From Minisyncoccia bacterium (GTDB taxonomy: Bacteria; Patescibacteriota; Minisyncoccia; Phycocordibacterales; UBA9973): a stretch of DNA of 64,000 nucleotides. Location: positions 15,312-79,311 of the forward strand of contig JBMOIO010000002.1 in the NCBI GenBank assembly GCA_049317285.1. Direction: 5' to 3'. The notes below the pieces were generated by a model that ran no database searches, was not told the origin of the DNA, and saw nothing but the letters and a program-made list of their open reading frames with translations. The position numbers and the translations under genes are program-made. Positions within the stretch are counted from its first letter, which is position 1. Every line of letters starts with the position of its first letter. Positions 29,675-38,203 of this stretch are shown piece after piece.

Positions 29675-30418
29675 TTATGGTACAGGAATAAGCACTCGCT
29701 GATCTCTATATGTCCATATACCAACTCCTGGAGTACCCTGTGCCGGTCGCTCAAGGAGGAGTGTTTCATTAGAAAATGAAGCGCTGTACTCCACTCCCTC
29801 AATCCAAAGCAGAAACTTACCTTCGTGATTTCGAAATTTCCAGGGAGTGGTCCCTATTGGAATTTCAGAACATGCCGGATTTGGTGAACGGCTTCGGTGG
29901 TACCGTTTATCAAGATAAAAAGTTCGGACCATTCCCCATTCGCAGCTAGTTGATGCTGTAATGGCAATTTTTTGCTCAGATCCACCAGCAGTCTCAACTT
30001 TCCAGTAGTATTCGGCAGTGGTTTTCCAGGAAGCGGCGTCTTTATTTCTCAACAACAGCAACATGTTTTGATCAGGCAATGCAACTGAAACCTTTACAGT
30101 GCTAGTAGTGGTACCTCCGGGACCGGTTGCAGAAAATACTATGCTGGTATCGCGCTTCAGAGCACGCAACATGAATGAGCCACTAACCTTTCCAATATCC
30201 TCACTGGCACGTCCTGGCCAGGACACACTGATTCCGTCTGAAATAAACGAAACTTTTGTGCTATCGCCGTACCCTACCATTGAAGGCTCGACTGAGACTG
30301 TCATGCTTGGTTTTGGAAGGACAGGAGGAGGGGGAGCAACAGGATTAACCGGTTCAATATGCTCGGGTTTACAACTCATAACGACTATCACTACGAGAAG
30401 CAAGTACTTTTTTTTCAT
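29675..30418 (-). CDS. Putative lipoprotein
   Basis: MKKKYLLLVVIVVMSC lipobox-like N-terminus followed by a Pro-rich linker. Confidence 0.65.
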   Translation of the reverse strand: MKKKYLLLVVIVVMSCKPEHIEPVNPVAPPPPVLPKPSMTVSVEPSMVGYGDSTKVSFISDGISVSWPGRASEDIGKVSGSFMLRALKRDTSIVFSATGPGGTTTSTVKVSVALPDQNMLLLLRNKDAASWKTTAEYYWKVETAGGSEQKIAITASTSCEWGMVRTFYLDKRYHRSRSPNPACSEIPIGTTPWKFRNHEGKFLLWIEGVEYSASFSNETLLLERPAQGTPGVGIWTYRDQRVLIPVP

Positions 30419-30638
30419 CGTTATATGATTTTAATGACTTTTTTTCAGTATGTCACACCTTTTTAAAAAAGCAATAGTTTTTCCCTCCTATAGCAACAAG
30501 AAGAAGGTTTCTTAAAAATTGTTTTTAATTTCTTGCGTCCTCAGGACAGTATGCTATACATATATATGTACATGTCCCGAGCGCACCTTTGTGGCATTTT
30601 TAGTAACAATTAAATAACCAACTAAATAAAATAGACAT

Positions 30639-31946
30639 ATGTTAGACATCAAAGCATTGAAACTGGCACTAGAACAACTAGAAACCGAACGCCGCATCGG
30701 GCGCGACAAGCTTGTCGACGCAATCGAGCAGTCACTCGCAGCAGCCTATAAAAAGGAATATGGCAAAAAAGGACAGGTCATCCGCGCGATGATCGACCTT
30801 GACGCGGGAGCTGTATCGTTTGAACAGGTAAAAACTGTTGTAGACGACACACTCGTGCGCTTTTTGGCTGAAGACGAAGAAATCGCCGAAGACGACACTG
30901 ATATGCGCGAGCGCTTCAATGAAGAGAAGCACATCCTTCTTGACGACGCACAGATGATCAAGGCCGGCGCCACTATCGGCGACGAATTGGTCTTCACCCT
31001 TGAACCAAAGGACGACTTTGGCCGCATTGCAGCGCAAACTGCAAAGCAGGTGATCATGCAGCGTATCCGCGAAGCAGAACGCACTAGTATCATGGAAGAG
31101 TTTGGTGGAAAAGAGGGCGACATCATCTCAGGCTATATTCAAAAGGTTGACCGAGGAAGTGTGTTTGTCGACTTTAACCGTGCGACCGGTATTATCCCAA
31201 TCAGTGAACAAATTCCCGGTGAGCGCTATGTTCGTGGTGCTCGCATCCGCGCGTATTTGTACCATGTCGAAGACACTCCTCGCGGAATCACCCTTCGCCT
31301 CTCTCGCACTCATCCTAAATTCCTCGAAAAGCTTTTTGCGCTTGAAAGCCCAGAAGTTGCAAGTGGTGTTGTTGAAATCAAAGCAATCGCTCGTGAACCA
31401 GGCAGTCGATCAAAAATCGCTGTATGGACAGAGGATGCAAACATTGATCCAGTCGGGTCATGTGTAGGCCAAAAAGGCGTGCGCGTATCGACCGTGATGA
31501 ATGAGCTCGGTGGCGAAAAAATCGATATTATCGAATGGTCTCCTGAGACAGCAGAGTTTGTACAAAAGTCCCTCTCTCCAGCGCGCGTACTTGACCTTGA
31601 GCTCAACGACGAAGAGCATAAAGTGAGCGTAGAGGTAACTCCCGACCAGCTCTCTCTCGCAATCGGAAAAGGTGGACAAAATGTACGCCTTGCAGCAAAG
31701 CTTACTGGCTGGAAGATTGATATCAAAGGCTCTGAAGCAGAGGTAGCAGAAGAAAACGAGAGTACTGAGGGTGACGACTTTGTTTCATTGAAAGACCTCG
31801 CTGGAACAACTTCAGAAGAATCTTCTCCCGTCTCCGACGAGGCACAGGAAGAAGCTGTGGAAGATACTGCAGTAGAAACTGAAACAGTTGAAGAAACCGC
31901 TACCGAAGAAGTTCCTGAAGTAACAGAAGAAGAATCAAAAGAATAG
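30639..31946 (+). CDS. nusA: Transcription factor NusA
   Basis: FGRIAAQTAKQV, AREPGSRSKIAV, LAIGKGGQNVRLAAKLTGWKIDI; acidic tail. Confidence 0.98.
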   Translation: MLDIKALKLALEQLETERRIGRDKLVDAIEQSLAAAYKKEYGKKGQVIRAMIDLDAGAVSFEQVKTVVDDTLVRFLAEDEEIAEDDTDMRERFNEEKHILLDDAQMIKAGATIGDELVFTLEPKDDFGRIAAQTAKQVIMQRIREAERTSIMEEFGGKEGDIISGYIQKVDRGSVFVDFNRATGIIPISEQIPGERYVRGARIRAYLYHVEDTPRGITLRLSRTHPKFLEKLFALESPEVASGVVEIKAIAREPGSRSKIAVWTEDANIDPVGSCVGQKGVRVSTVMNELGGEKIDIIEWSPETAEFVQKSLSPARVLDLELNDEEHKVSVEVTPDQLSLAIGKGGQNVRLAAKLTGWKIDIKGSEAEVAEENESTEGDDFVSLKDLAGTTSEESSPVSDEAQEEAVEDTAVETETVEETATEEVPEVTEEESKE

Positions 31947-31947
31947 T

Positions 31948-32478
31948 ATGAATTTACTTCACGAAATTACTGCCGGAAACAATGTGCCTGACATTATCAA
32001 TTGTATAATTGAAATTCCAAAAGGCTCAAAAAACAAATACGAAATCGACAAGGAAACCGGCCTCATCATGCTCGACCGTGCAATGCACACTTCACAAGAC
32101 TATCCGTTTGACTACGGCTTCATGCCACAGAGTCACTGGGAAGATGGCGACCCGCTTGATGTAGTCGTCCTTACTACCTACCCGCTTGCGCCCGGCATCT
32201 TGGTAAAAGTTCGCCCGGTCGGCATCGTCAACATGATCGACGACGGCGACTCTGACGCAAAAATTATTGCCGTACCAGAGAAAGACCCGCGATGGGACGA
32301 TGTGCAAGACCTCAGTGATGTAAACAAACACACCGTCAAAGAAATCGAACACTTCTTCCTGACCTATAAACAAATTCAAAAGAAGGCCGTTTCAATCGAT
32401 AGTATTGGAAACAAAGCCGACGCTCAGGCTGCAATCCTCAAGAGCCAAGAACTCTACAAAGAAAAGTTTCAGAAATAA
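31948..32478 (+). CDS. ppa: Inorganic pyrophosphatase (family I)
   Basis: EIPKGS..KYE, YPFDYG and DGDPLDV motifs. Confidence 0.97.
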   Translation: MNLLHEITAGNNVPDIINCIIEIPKGSKNKYEIDKETGLIMLDRAMHTSQDYPFDYGFMPQSHWEDGDPLDVVVLTTYPLAPGILVKVRPVGIVNMIDDGDSDAKIIAVPEKDPRWDDVQDLSDVNKHTVKEIEHFFLTYKQIQKKAVSIDSIGNKADAQAAILKSQELYKEKFQK

Positions 32479-32493
32479 TCGAAAAAATATACT

Positions 32494-32529
32494 GTAGCAA
32501 AAAACTCCCGAAAGGGATTTTTTTGCTAC
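32494..32529. terminator. Bidirectional terminator between ppa and the DGR RT
   Basis: GTAGCAAAAAACTCCC-gaaa-GGGATTTTTTTGCTAC between convergent genes. Confidence 0.7.
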
Positions 32530-32541
32530 CAATCCATATTA

Positions 32542-33513
32542 TTAGATTCGCATTCTTTGTCTGATTTCATACGTATCACCATGCATCAACAATCCGCGAT
32601 ACGAGTTAACCGTTTCCGACTTAGGATATCCCTTAAGCTTTTTGAATATCTTTCTCTTTGTGGTGGTTCGTATTTGACGATGATAGGGAAAATGTATCCA
32701 CCCAAGAAAATCGACACCTGTTGCGAATGTCTTGATGTACACTTTGTGCTCGTGCATTTGAAGCTTTAACTTTTCATTCAAGAAAGCATGGATTTTTTGA
32801 AGAATGCCTTCCAAGTATTCCTTTGTACTGGACAGTATGACAAAATCATCCGCATAGCGGATATAGTATGTTACTCGAAGCCCCTGCTTCATGAACATAT
32901 CAAATTCATGCATGTATACATTTACCAACAATTGAGAAGTAAGGTTTCCGAGCGGTAACCCCACTCCTTCTCTCGTCGTATGAAAACTTGAGGTAACTTC
33001 CCGGATGAGCCACAACAGTTCTTCATCCTCAACATGACGCTTCAAAATTAAAACAAGTATTTCATGATCGATACTTGCAAAGAATTTCTTGATGTCACAC
33101 TTGAGTACATAACATGTCCTCGTATTGTTCTTTGAAACCCTCAGGGCAAATTCCTGAAAACGATCAATTGCTCTGTGAGTTCCCTTGTTCACACGACATG
33201 AAAACGAGTCATGAATGAATCTCTGTTCAAAATAAGGATAAAGCGTCTTATATATTAAATGATGTAACAGTCTGTCTCGGACAATCGCCTTGTGGATATT
33301 CCGAGGCTTTGGGTCAGAGATATTAAAAGCCCAGTATGGCGCATGAGTGTACGTCCGACGGTGAAGCAAGGTGTGCAAGTCGACCAGGTTGTCCGAAAGT
33401 TTCGCCTGGTATTGTATGACATCTTTTTTATGTCGCTTTCCACGAAGAAAACGCTCCCAGGTAACAAGGAGGTTTTCCATCGATATGATATCTTTGTATT
33501 TATGAATCAGCAT
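32542..33513 (-). CDS. DGR reverse transcriptase
   Basis: KPRNI..A.VRDRLLH, KGTHRA, KCDIKKFFASIDH, GLPLGNLTSQ, YIRYADDF, DFLG; compact 323 aa with no maturase or endonuclease domain. Confidence 0.96.
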   Translation of the reverse strand: MLIHKYKDIISMENLLVTWERFLRGKRHKKDVIQYQAKLSDNLVDLHTLLHRRTYTHAPYWAFNISDPKPRNIHKAIVRDRLLHHLIYKTLYPYFEQRFIHDSFSCRVNKGTHRAIDRFQEFALRVSKNNTRTCYVLKCDIKKFFASIDHEILVLILKRHVEDEELLWLIREVTSSFHTTREGVGLPLGNLTSQLLVNVYMHEFDMFMKQGLRVTYYIRYADDFVILSSTKEYLEGILQKIHAFLNEKLKLQMHEHKVYIKTFATGVDFLGWIHFPYHRQIRTTTKRKIFKKLKGYPKSETVNSYRGLLMHGDTYEIRQRMRI

Positions 33514-33908
33514 ACATCAACCAATATCACACCCCCCCCCCCCCGACACAAACTCCTCTTGTCCTTGTCAGAGCGAAGGAAAGTTATGAAGTTTGGCATA
33601 AGCACTTAGTAAACATAAACCGTGTAGACAGATACACCATCGGTGCAAAAATTGACGAGGTATTTCTTTCCTTGCTTGAAAATATTTTTAGAGGTATCTA
33701 TGCTCACGACAAATTTGAGAAGTTATCTGTGGTATCACAGTCACTCGGGAAAAATGATTTATTGAAATTCTTCTTGCAGATCGGTTGGGAACAAAAAGTT
33801 GTTGACCATAAAATCTATGGTGCTTTAATCCTTAAACTTGATGAAGTAGGACGAATGCTCAACGGCTGGAAGAAAAATCTTCAAGAAAAAACTCCCACTA
33901 ACAAGTAG
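33502..33908 (+). CDS. avd: Avd-like accessory four-helix bundle protein, frameshifted at the C13 tract
   Basis: The frame ending at 33908 reads ...KESYEVWHKHL...DRYTIGAKIDEVFLSLLE...LLKFFLQIGWE...LDEVGRMLNGW. It has no ATG/GTG/TTG before 33672, and ATG 33502 joins it only if the C-run is 11 or 14 long. Confidence 0.82.
33532..33544. repeat. C13/G13 homopolymer tract
   Basis: 13 consecutive C on the + strand, in the avd 5' region and 18 nt upstream of the RT ATG. Confidence 0.95.
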
Positions 33909-33928
33909 TGAGAGAAATCAAATAAGTA

Positions 33929-34047
33929 GCAGAAGCAAAGGATGCAGTTGTCAGAATTCCAAGTCTTGGAGAAGTTCCCGAGGTTGAAGTTCCAGTCACC
34001 GTCCGAGTTGCGGTTCACGTTAGGCACCCTGTGGTTGCCATCCGAGT
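33929..34047 (-). ncRNA. DGR template repeat (TR)
   Basis: 119 nt with nine AAC/AAT codons and 29 adenines on the sense strand; matches VR except at adenines. Confidence 0.95.
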
Positions 34048-34300
34048 ACACGCAAGCAGTGTACGATGGGTCATCCGTCCCACCGAAACCAGCGCGTGCC
34101 AATTTCTGCATTTTACTTGGAGCAACAATAGTTCTATCGAGCTCACGGACGCATCGCACCGACTAATTTGTTTTTTCATAAGAGGAGGTACCGAACTGCA
34201 AAGACATACCCGACAGTTTCTCACGAATACCCCTTACGAGATTTCGATGCCATGAAGCCGTAACCACATGATCGTATCTACTATCCTTGTGCAGTATAAA

Positions 34301-34331
34301 TAAAAAAGGGCCTTTGCAAAAGCAAAGGCCC
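34301..34331 (-). terminator. Hairpin downstream of the DGR target (terminator and/or DGR stem-loop)
   Basis: GGGCCTTTGC-tttt-GCAAAGGCCC followed by TTTTTT on the minus strand. Confidence 0.75.
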
Positions 34332-34384
34332 AGTAAAGGTTCAAAGGAACAAATAACATGTTTATGTGGCAAATGACCAAAGGT

Positions 34385-35107
34385 CTATTTGTCGCAGAAG
34401 CAAAGGATGCAGTCGCCAGAACCCCAAGGCCCGGAGAAGTACCCGAGGCCGAAGCCCCAGCCACCGCCCGAGCCGCGGTACACGTCAGGCACCCTGTGGT
34501 CGCCAACCGAGTCGCTCCATAATGTGTCTTTTTCATCGAAGGAAACCGTCCATTTTTCTACCGGAAATTCATCCGCCTTAAGGTCTTGTGCCAGAGTTAA
34601 ACCCTGACCGCCGACCAGAATGGCGCGCTGTTTTTTCAGGAAGTTCATGCAGTCTTCGCTCGATACCGTTTCCAGAACAGGGAAGATTTTTACAAGATAG
34701 GTTTTTCCGGGCTCCAGTTTGTTCGTAGCGTTCTCATAATTCGAACTTTTTAATGCATCATTGTAATGATAAGTCGTTTTCAGCTTTTTTGTCTTTTTAC
34801 CGAACTGGTCGATCTGTTTGTCATCATCATAATCCATTGGAACGGTCAGATCGAATTCAACAAGAGCCGGACCAAACCGTTGATCGATAACGGCAAGCTT
34901 TTTGAGCTTTCCGATAACAAATTCTTTGAAGCCGTTTTGCAGCAAGTCACCTTTTTCAATGATTTCCTGCGCTTCTTCTTTTGAAAAGTTGAAGGTTTCG
35001 AGATCAATGGCGCTTATGCCATCTTCGAGGAAACGTCTAAGGAAACGTCTAATTTGTTTGCGTTGTCCATCTGTCATTAATTCCGGGTGCGTGATCTGGT
35101 TAGTCAT
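34385..35107 (-). CDS. DGR target protein with C-terminal variable region (probable C-type lectin-like fold)
   Basis: The C-terminal about 40 codons are the VR; no signal peptide or TM; fold inferred from typical DGR targets. Confidence 0.9.
   Translation of the reverse strand: MTNQITHPELMTDGQRKQIRRFLRRFLEDGISAIDLETFNFSKEEAQEIIEKGDLLQNGFKEFVIGKLKKLAVIDQRFGPALVEFDLTVPMDYDDDKQIDQFGKKTKKLKTTYHYNDALKSSNYENATNKLEPGKTYLVKIFPVLETVSSEDCMNFLKKQRAILVGGQGLTLAQDLKADEFPVEKWTVSFDEKDTLWSDSVGDHRVPDVYRGSGGGWGFGLGYFSGPWGSGDCILCFCDK
34394..34512 (-). repeat. DGR variable repeat (VR)
   Basis: 99/119 identical to TR; all 20 differences are at TR adenines. Confidence 0.95.
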
Positions 35108-35305
35108 CGCGATAGTGTTTTAAATGAGCTAGTCGGTTTATCTGCCGAAACAGGAATAAGTATCCCTTATCTGAATATATGATAACATATATATTAATAA
35201 TGTCAATAATTGTTAAATGGGGTATATTACATAACAATTCCGGGGCTTTGCAAGTAATACCCTTCCCTTTGGGTCGTCTCTATGCTATAAATACGTATAT
35301 ATAGT

Positions 35306-35767
35306 ATGAAATACCTTATTACTACATTCGCGCTCGTTATTGGCCTTATGGCACCTACTGCCGTAAGTCTCGCGCAAACAACCCAAAGTGCACCTGCGCC
35401 GACGCTTTTTGATGTCAATGCAAACGCACCTCTTTCAGTTCGCAAGACCTTTGTCGAGACCAACCTCCGCGACCTTTTGGCACAACTGAGCGATATTCAT
35501 GCGCGTGTGCAAACTGCAAGCAACCGTCTTGCAAAAAACGATATCGACGTAAACGCTTCGAATACAAGTCTCACGATGGCTCACGCCGCTCTTTTGACTG
35601 CAAAAACAAACCTCGACATTTTTGCACAAACCCCTCTCACTGAGAGCCCTACTACTGTCGCAACCCTTCGCGCACAAGCAAAAGCTGCTGAAGACTCTCT
35701 TAAAACCGCTCGCGCAAGCCTGATTGAAAGCATTGCTGCACTTAAGCTTACGCTTAACTCACAATAA
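35306..35767 (+). CDS. Secreted helical hypothetical protein
   Basis: Signal peptide (SLA-Q) and Ala-rich amphipathic helices. Confidence 0.7.
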   Translation: MKYLITTFALVIGLMAPTAVSLAQTTQSAPAPTLFDVNANAPLSVRKTFVETNLRDLLAQLSDIHARVQTASNRLAKNDIDVNASNTSLTMAHAALLTAKTNLDIFAQTPLTESPTTVATLRAQAKAAEDSLKTARASLIESIAALKLTLNSQ

Positions 35768-35783
35768 GGTATACTGAGAGAAC

Positions 35784-36065
35784 ATGGATAATACAACTCT
35801 CGGACAAACCTCTTTCGAACATATCCCGCAAGAACTCTTGCACCCAAAACGCAAAACAAATCGCCTATGGACCTTGGTGCTTATTCTTGTCGTTCTCGCT
35901 CTCTTTGGCACCTTTTGGTACATCAAACGGGGCGAAATCATGGCAAGTCCCGCAACTATTGTTTCTGTCAGTACTCCTACACCAGCACAGCCACCAGTGA
36001 GCATGAACGACCTTGAGAGTGACCTAGTCAACACCGCTATTCCAGAATTTCACGAAGTGTTCTAG
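35784..36065 (+). CDS. Small single-TM protein
   Basis: TM helix; TATACT just upstream of the ATG. Confidence 0.65.
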   Translation: MDNTTLGQTSFEHIPQELLHPKRKTNRLWTLVLILVVLALFGTFWYIKRGEIMASPATIVSVSTPTPAQPPVSMNDLESDLVNTAIPEFHEVF

Positions 36066-36118
36066 CAAACTTTCCTTCACTCGTCAGAGCGGGGTGCTTG
36101 TGTTAGAATGCCCCCACT

Positions 36119-37171
36119 ATGGCAAACAATATAGAGAAACAATACACAATCGAAACAACCAAACTTCCTGGCAGTCTTGTAGAAATGAAAGGCGAGCTGT
36201 CGTGGGAAGCTTTTTCAGCATTTGAAACAAAGACCTTTACTGATATCTCAAACAATCTCGCGGTGGACGGATTCCGCAAAGGAAATGTTCCTGAAGCGGT
36301 AGCAAAGAAGCATATCGACGACGACATGCTGTTGGCTGAAATGGCTCAGCGCGCTATGGAGCACTACTATCCTGAAATCGTAAAAGAGCAAAAGCTCGAC
36401 CTTATCGGCCGCCCTGATCTTTCTATCACCAAGCTCGCTCGCGGAAATGCATTAGGTTTTACGATTCGCGCAGCAGTACTCCCCGACATCACGCTTCCTG
36501 ACTACAAGGCGCTTGCAAAAAAAGCGTCTGCAGTTGAAACAGTTGAAGCGACTGAAGAAGATATCGACAAAGTTGTTGAAGACCTTCGCCATATGCGCGC
36601 ATACGGACATGTACACAAAGGAGAAGATGCGAGCGCTCATGGACACACCGAAGAGCTCCCTGAAGTAAACGATGAATTTGCAAAATCATTTGGAAGCTTT
36701 GAAACTGTTGCATCCATGCGCGAAAAGATTCGCGAAAACATCACCCGAGAAAAAGGACAAGAAGCGCAAGACAAGCGCCGTATCGCTATCATGGAGAGCA
36801 TCATTGCCGAGACTTCGTTTGATGTTCCTGACCTCGTATTAAAAAGCGAACAAGAGAAGATGCTTGCACAGATTGAAGCGGATGTAGCACGAGCCGGCTT
36901 TACCCTCGACGCATACCTTACGCAAAGCCAGAAAACAAAAGAAGGATTACTCGACGAGTTCAAGCCTGAAGCCCAGAAGCGGGCGCGCTTCCAGCTCGTA
37001 ATCAATGCAATCGCTCGCGACGCAAAGATTATGCCAACTGATGAAGAAGTAGAAAAAGAAGCGGACCGCATGATAGCGACCTACCCCGGTGCCGACAAGG
37101 CGCGCGCCATGGCGTATGCCGACATGTTGCTTACCAACGAGCAGACACTCTCCCTTTTAGAGAAGCAATAA
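36119..37171 (+). CDS. tig: Trigger factor (short form with reduced PPIase region)
   Basis: VDGFRKGNVP ribosome-binding motif, LPEVNDEFAK; 350 aa. Confidence 0.92.
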   Translation: MANNIEKQYTIETTKLPGSLVEMKGELSWEAFSAFETKTFTDISNNLAVDGFRKGNVPEAVAKKHIDDDMLLAEMAQRAMEHYYPEIVKEQKLDLIGRPDLSITKLARGNALGFTIRAAVLPDITLPDYKALAKKASAVETVEATEEDIDKVVEDLRHMRAYGHVHKGEDASAHGHTEELPEVNDEFAKSFGSFETVASMREKIRENITREKGQEAQDKRRIAIMESIIAETSFDVPDLVLKSEQEKMLAQIEADVARAGFTLDAYLTQSQKTKEGLLDEFKPEAQKRARFQLVINAIARDAKIMPTDEEVEKEADRMIATYPGADKARAMAYADMLLTNEQTLSLLEKQ

Positions 37172-37201
37172 AGAAATCCCCGCATAGAGCGGGGATTTTT
37201 G

Positions 37202-37459
37202 TTAACTGATTTCAATAACAGCAGTACTTTCAAATACCAAGTGCTTGGTATTTTTCCGAACTTCCTCAAAAAATTCAGCAAATTTAATTCCGTGTGGATA
37301 ATCTTTTTCTCGTAACTTCGTAGCAATTTCTTTTGTTGAAACAATAAAATTTCCTTTCTTTTTTTGGGCAACAACCTTGAGATTATTAAGCCAAGAAAAA
37401 GGGAGCGGTGGCCCAACAACATTCGTAGGGCGACCGTCGGTTTTAATTTGAATGTTCAT
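37202..37459 (-). CDS. Small AT-rich hypothetical protein
   Basis: Has its own TTGACT-16-TATAGT promoter and shares a terminator with tig. Confidence 0.5.
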   Translation of the reverse strand: MNIQIKTDGRPTNVVGPPLPFSWLNNLKVVAQKKKGNFIVSTKEIATKLREKDYPHGIKFAEFFEEVRKNTKHLVFESTAVIEIS

Positions 37460-37600
37460 GGTGCGAGTTTTTTCAACTATACCACCATCAATCTTTTAGT
37501 CAATATGGCTTCCGATTTTTCATAAAACTCGGTATAGTGTCAGTATCAGCATTCAGTCATTGTCGTATTCCCTTTTTAAGCTTTAATTTATTTTTACATT

Positions 37601-38191
37601 ATGTTAATCCCCACCGTTATCGAAAAAACAGTCGGCGGCGAGCGTGCCTACGACATTTACTCCCGTCTTTTAAAAGACCGTATCATTTTCCTCGGAGGAC
37701 CTATTGACGACCATGTCGCAAACCTCGTCATTGCCCAACTCCTCTTCCTTACCAACGAAGACCCGAAAAAAGATATCTATTTATATATCAACTCTCCAGG
37801 CGGTGTTATCACCTCTGGTATGGCAATCTATGACACCATGCAATTCATCAAGCCGGATGTCGCGACCATCTGTATCGGCATGGCTGCATCAATGGGGGCG
37901 TTTCTTCTTGCGGGCGGAGCAAAAGGTAAGCGCTTTGCACTTCCTAATTCTGAAATCATGATCCACCAACCGTCCGGCGGCGCAGAGGGCCAGGCAACAG
38001 ACATTGAAATCAGCGCGAAGCGTATTCTTAAAATGCGTTCAAAACTCAACGAGATCATGGCAAAGAACACCGGGCAAAAAATCAGCAAGATTGAGCTTGA
38101 TGTTGAGCGCGACTTCTTCATGGAAGCTGATGAGGCAGTTACCTACGGTATTGTTGACTCTGTCATTACAAAACCAAGCCAGATAGCATAA
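37601..38191 (+). CDS. clpP: ATP-dependent Clp protease proteolytic subunit
   Basis: [27 protein letters not shown] and IMIHQP motifs. Confidence 0.99.
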   Translation: MLIPTVIEKTVGGERAYDIYSRLLKDRIIFLGGPIDDHVANLVIAQLLFLTNEDPKKDIYLYINSPGGVITSGMAIYDTMQFIKPDVATICIGMAASMGAFLLAGGAKGKRFALPNSEIMIHQPSGGAEGQATDIEISAKRILKMRSKLNEIMAKNTGQKISKIELDVERDFFMEADEAVTYGIVDSVITKPSQIA

Positions 38192-38203
38192 AGCAATCCT
38201 CCT

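Larger units (their letters stand above)
32542..35206 (-). mobile_element. Diversity-generating retroelement (target/VR, TR, antisense avd-like gene, RT)
   Basis: RT, Avd-like four-helix bundle and a 119-nt TR/VR pair with adenine-only mismatches. Confidence 0.96.

Noticed and set aside
32542-33513. Group II intron or retron interpretation of the RT
   Set aside because: No maturase or endonuclease domain and no retron VTG motif; the adjacent TR/VR pair and Avd-like gene identify a DGR.
33881-34159. 92-aa ORF resembling the DGR target C-terminus
   Set aside because: It is the template repeat read in frame; TR acts as RNA and there is no convincing independent gene.
35029-35052. 12-bp tandem duplication (RRFL RRFL) in the DGR target N-terminus
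   Set aside because: Only two units and in frame; probably a neutral slippage event.
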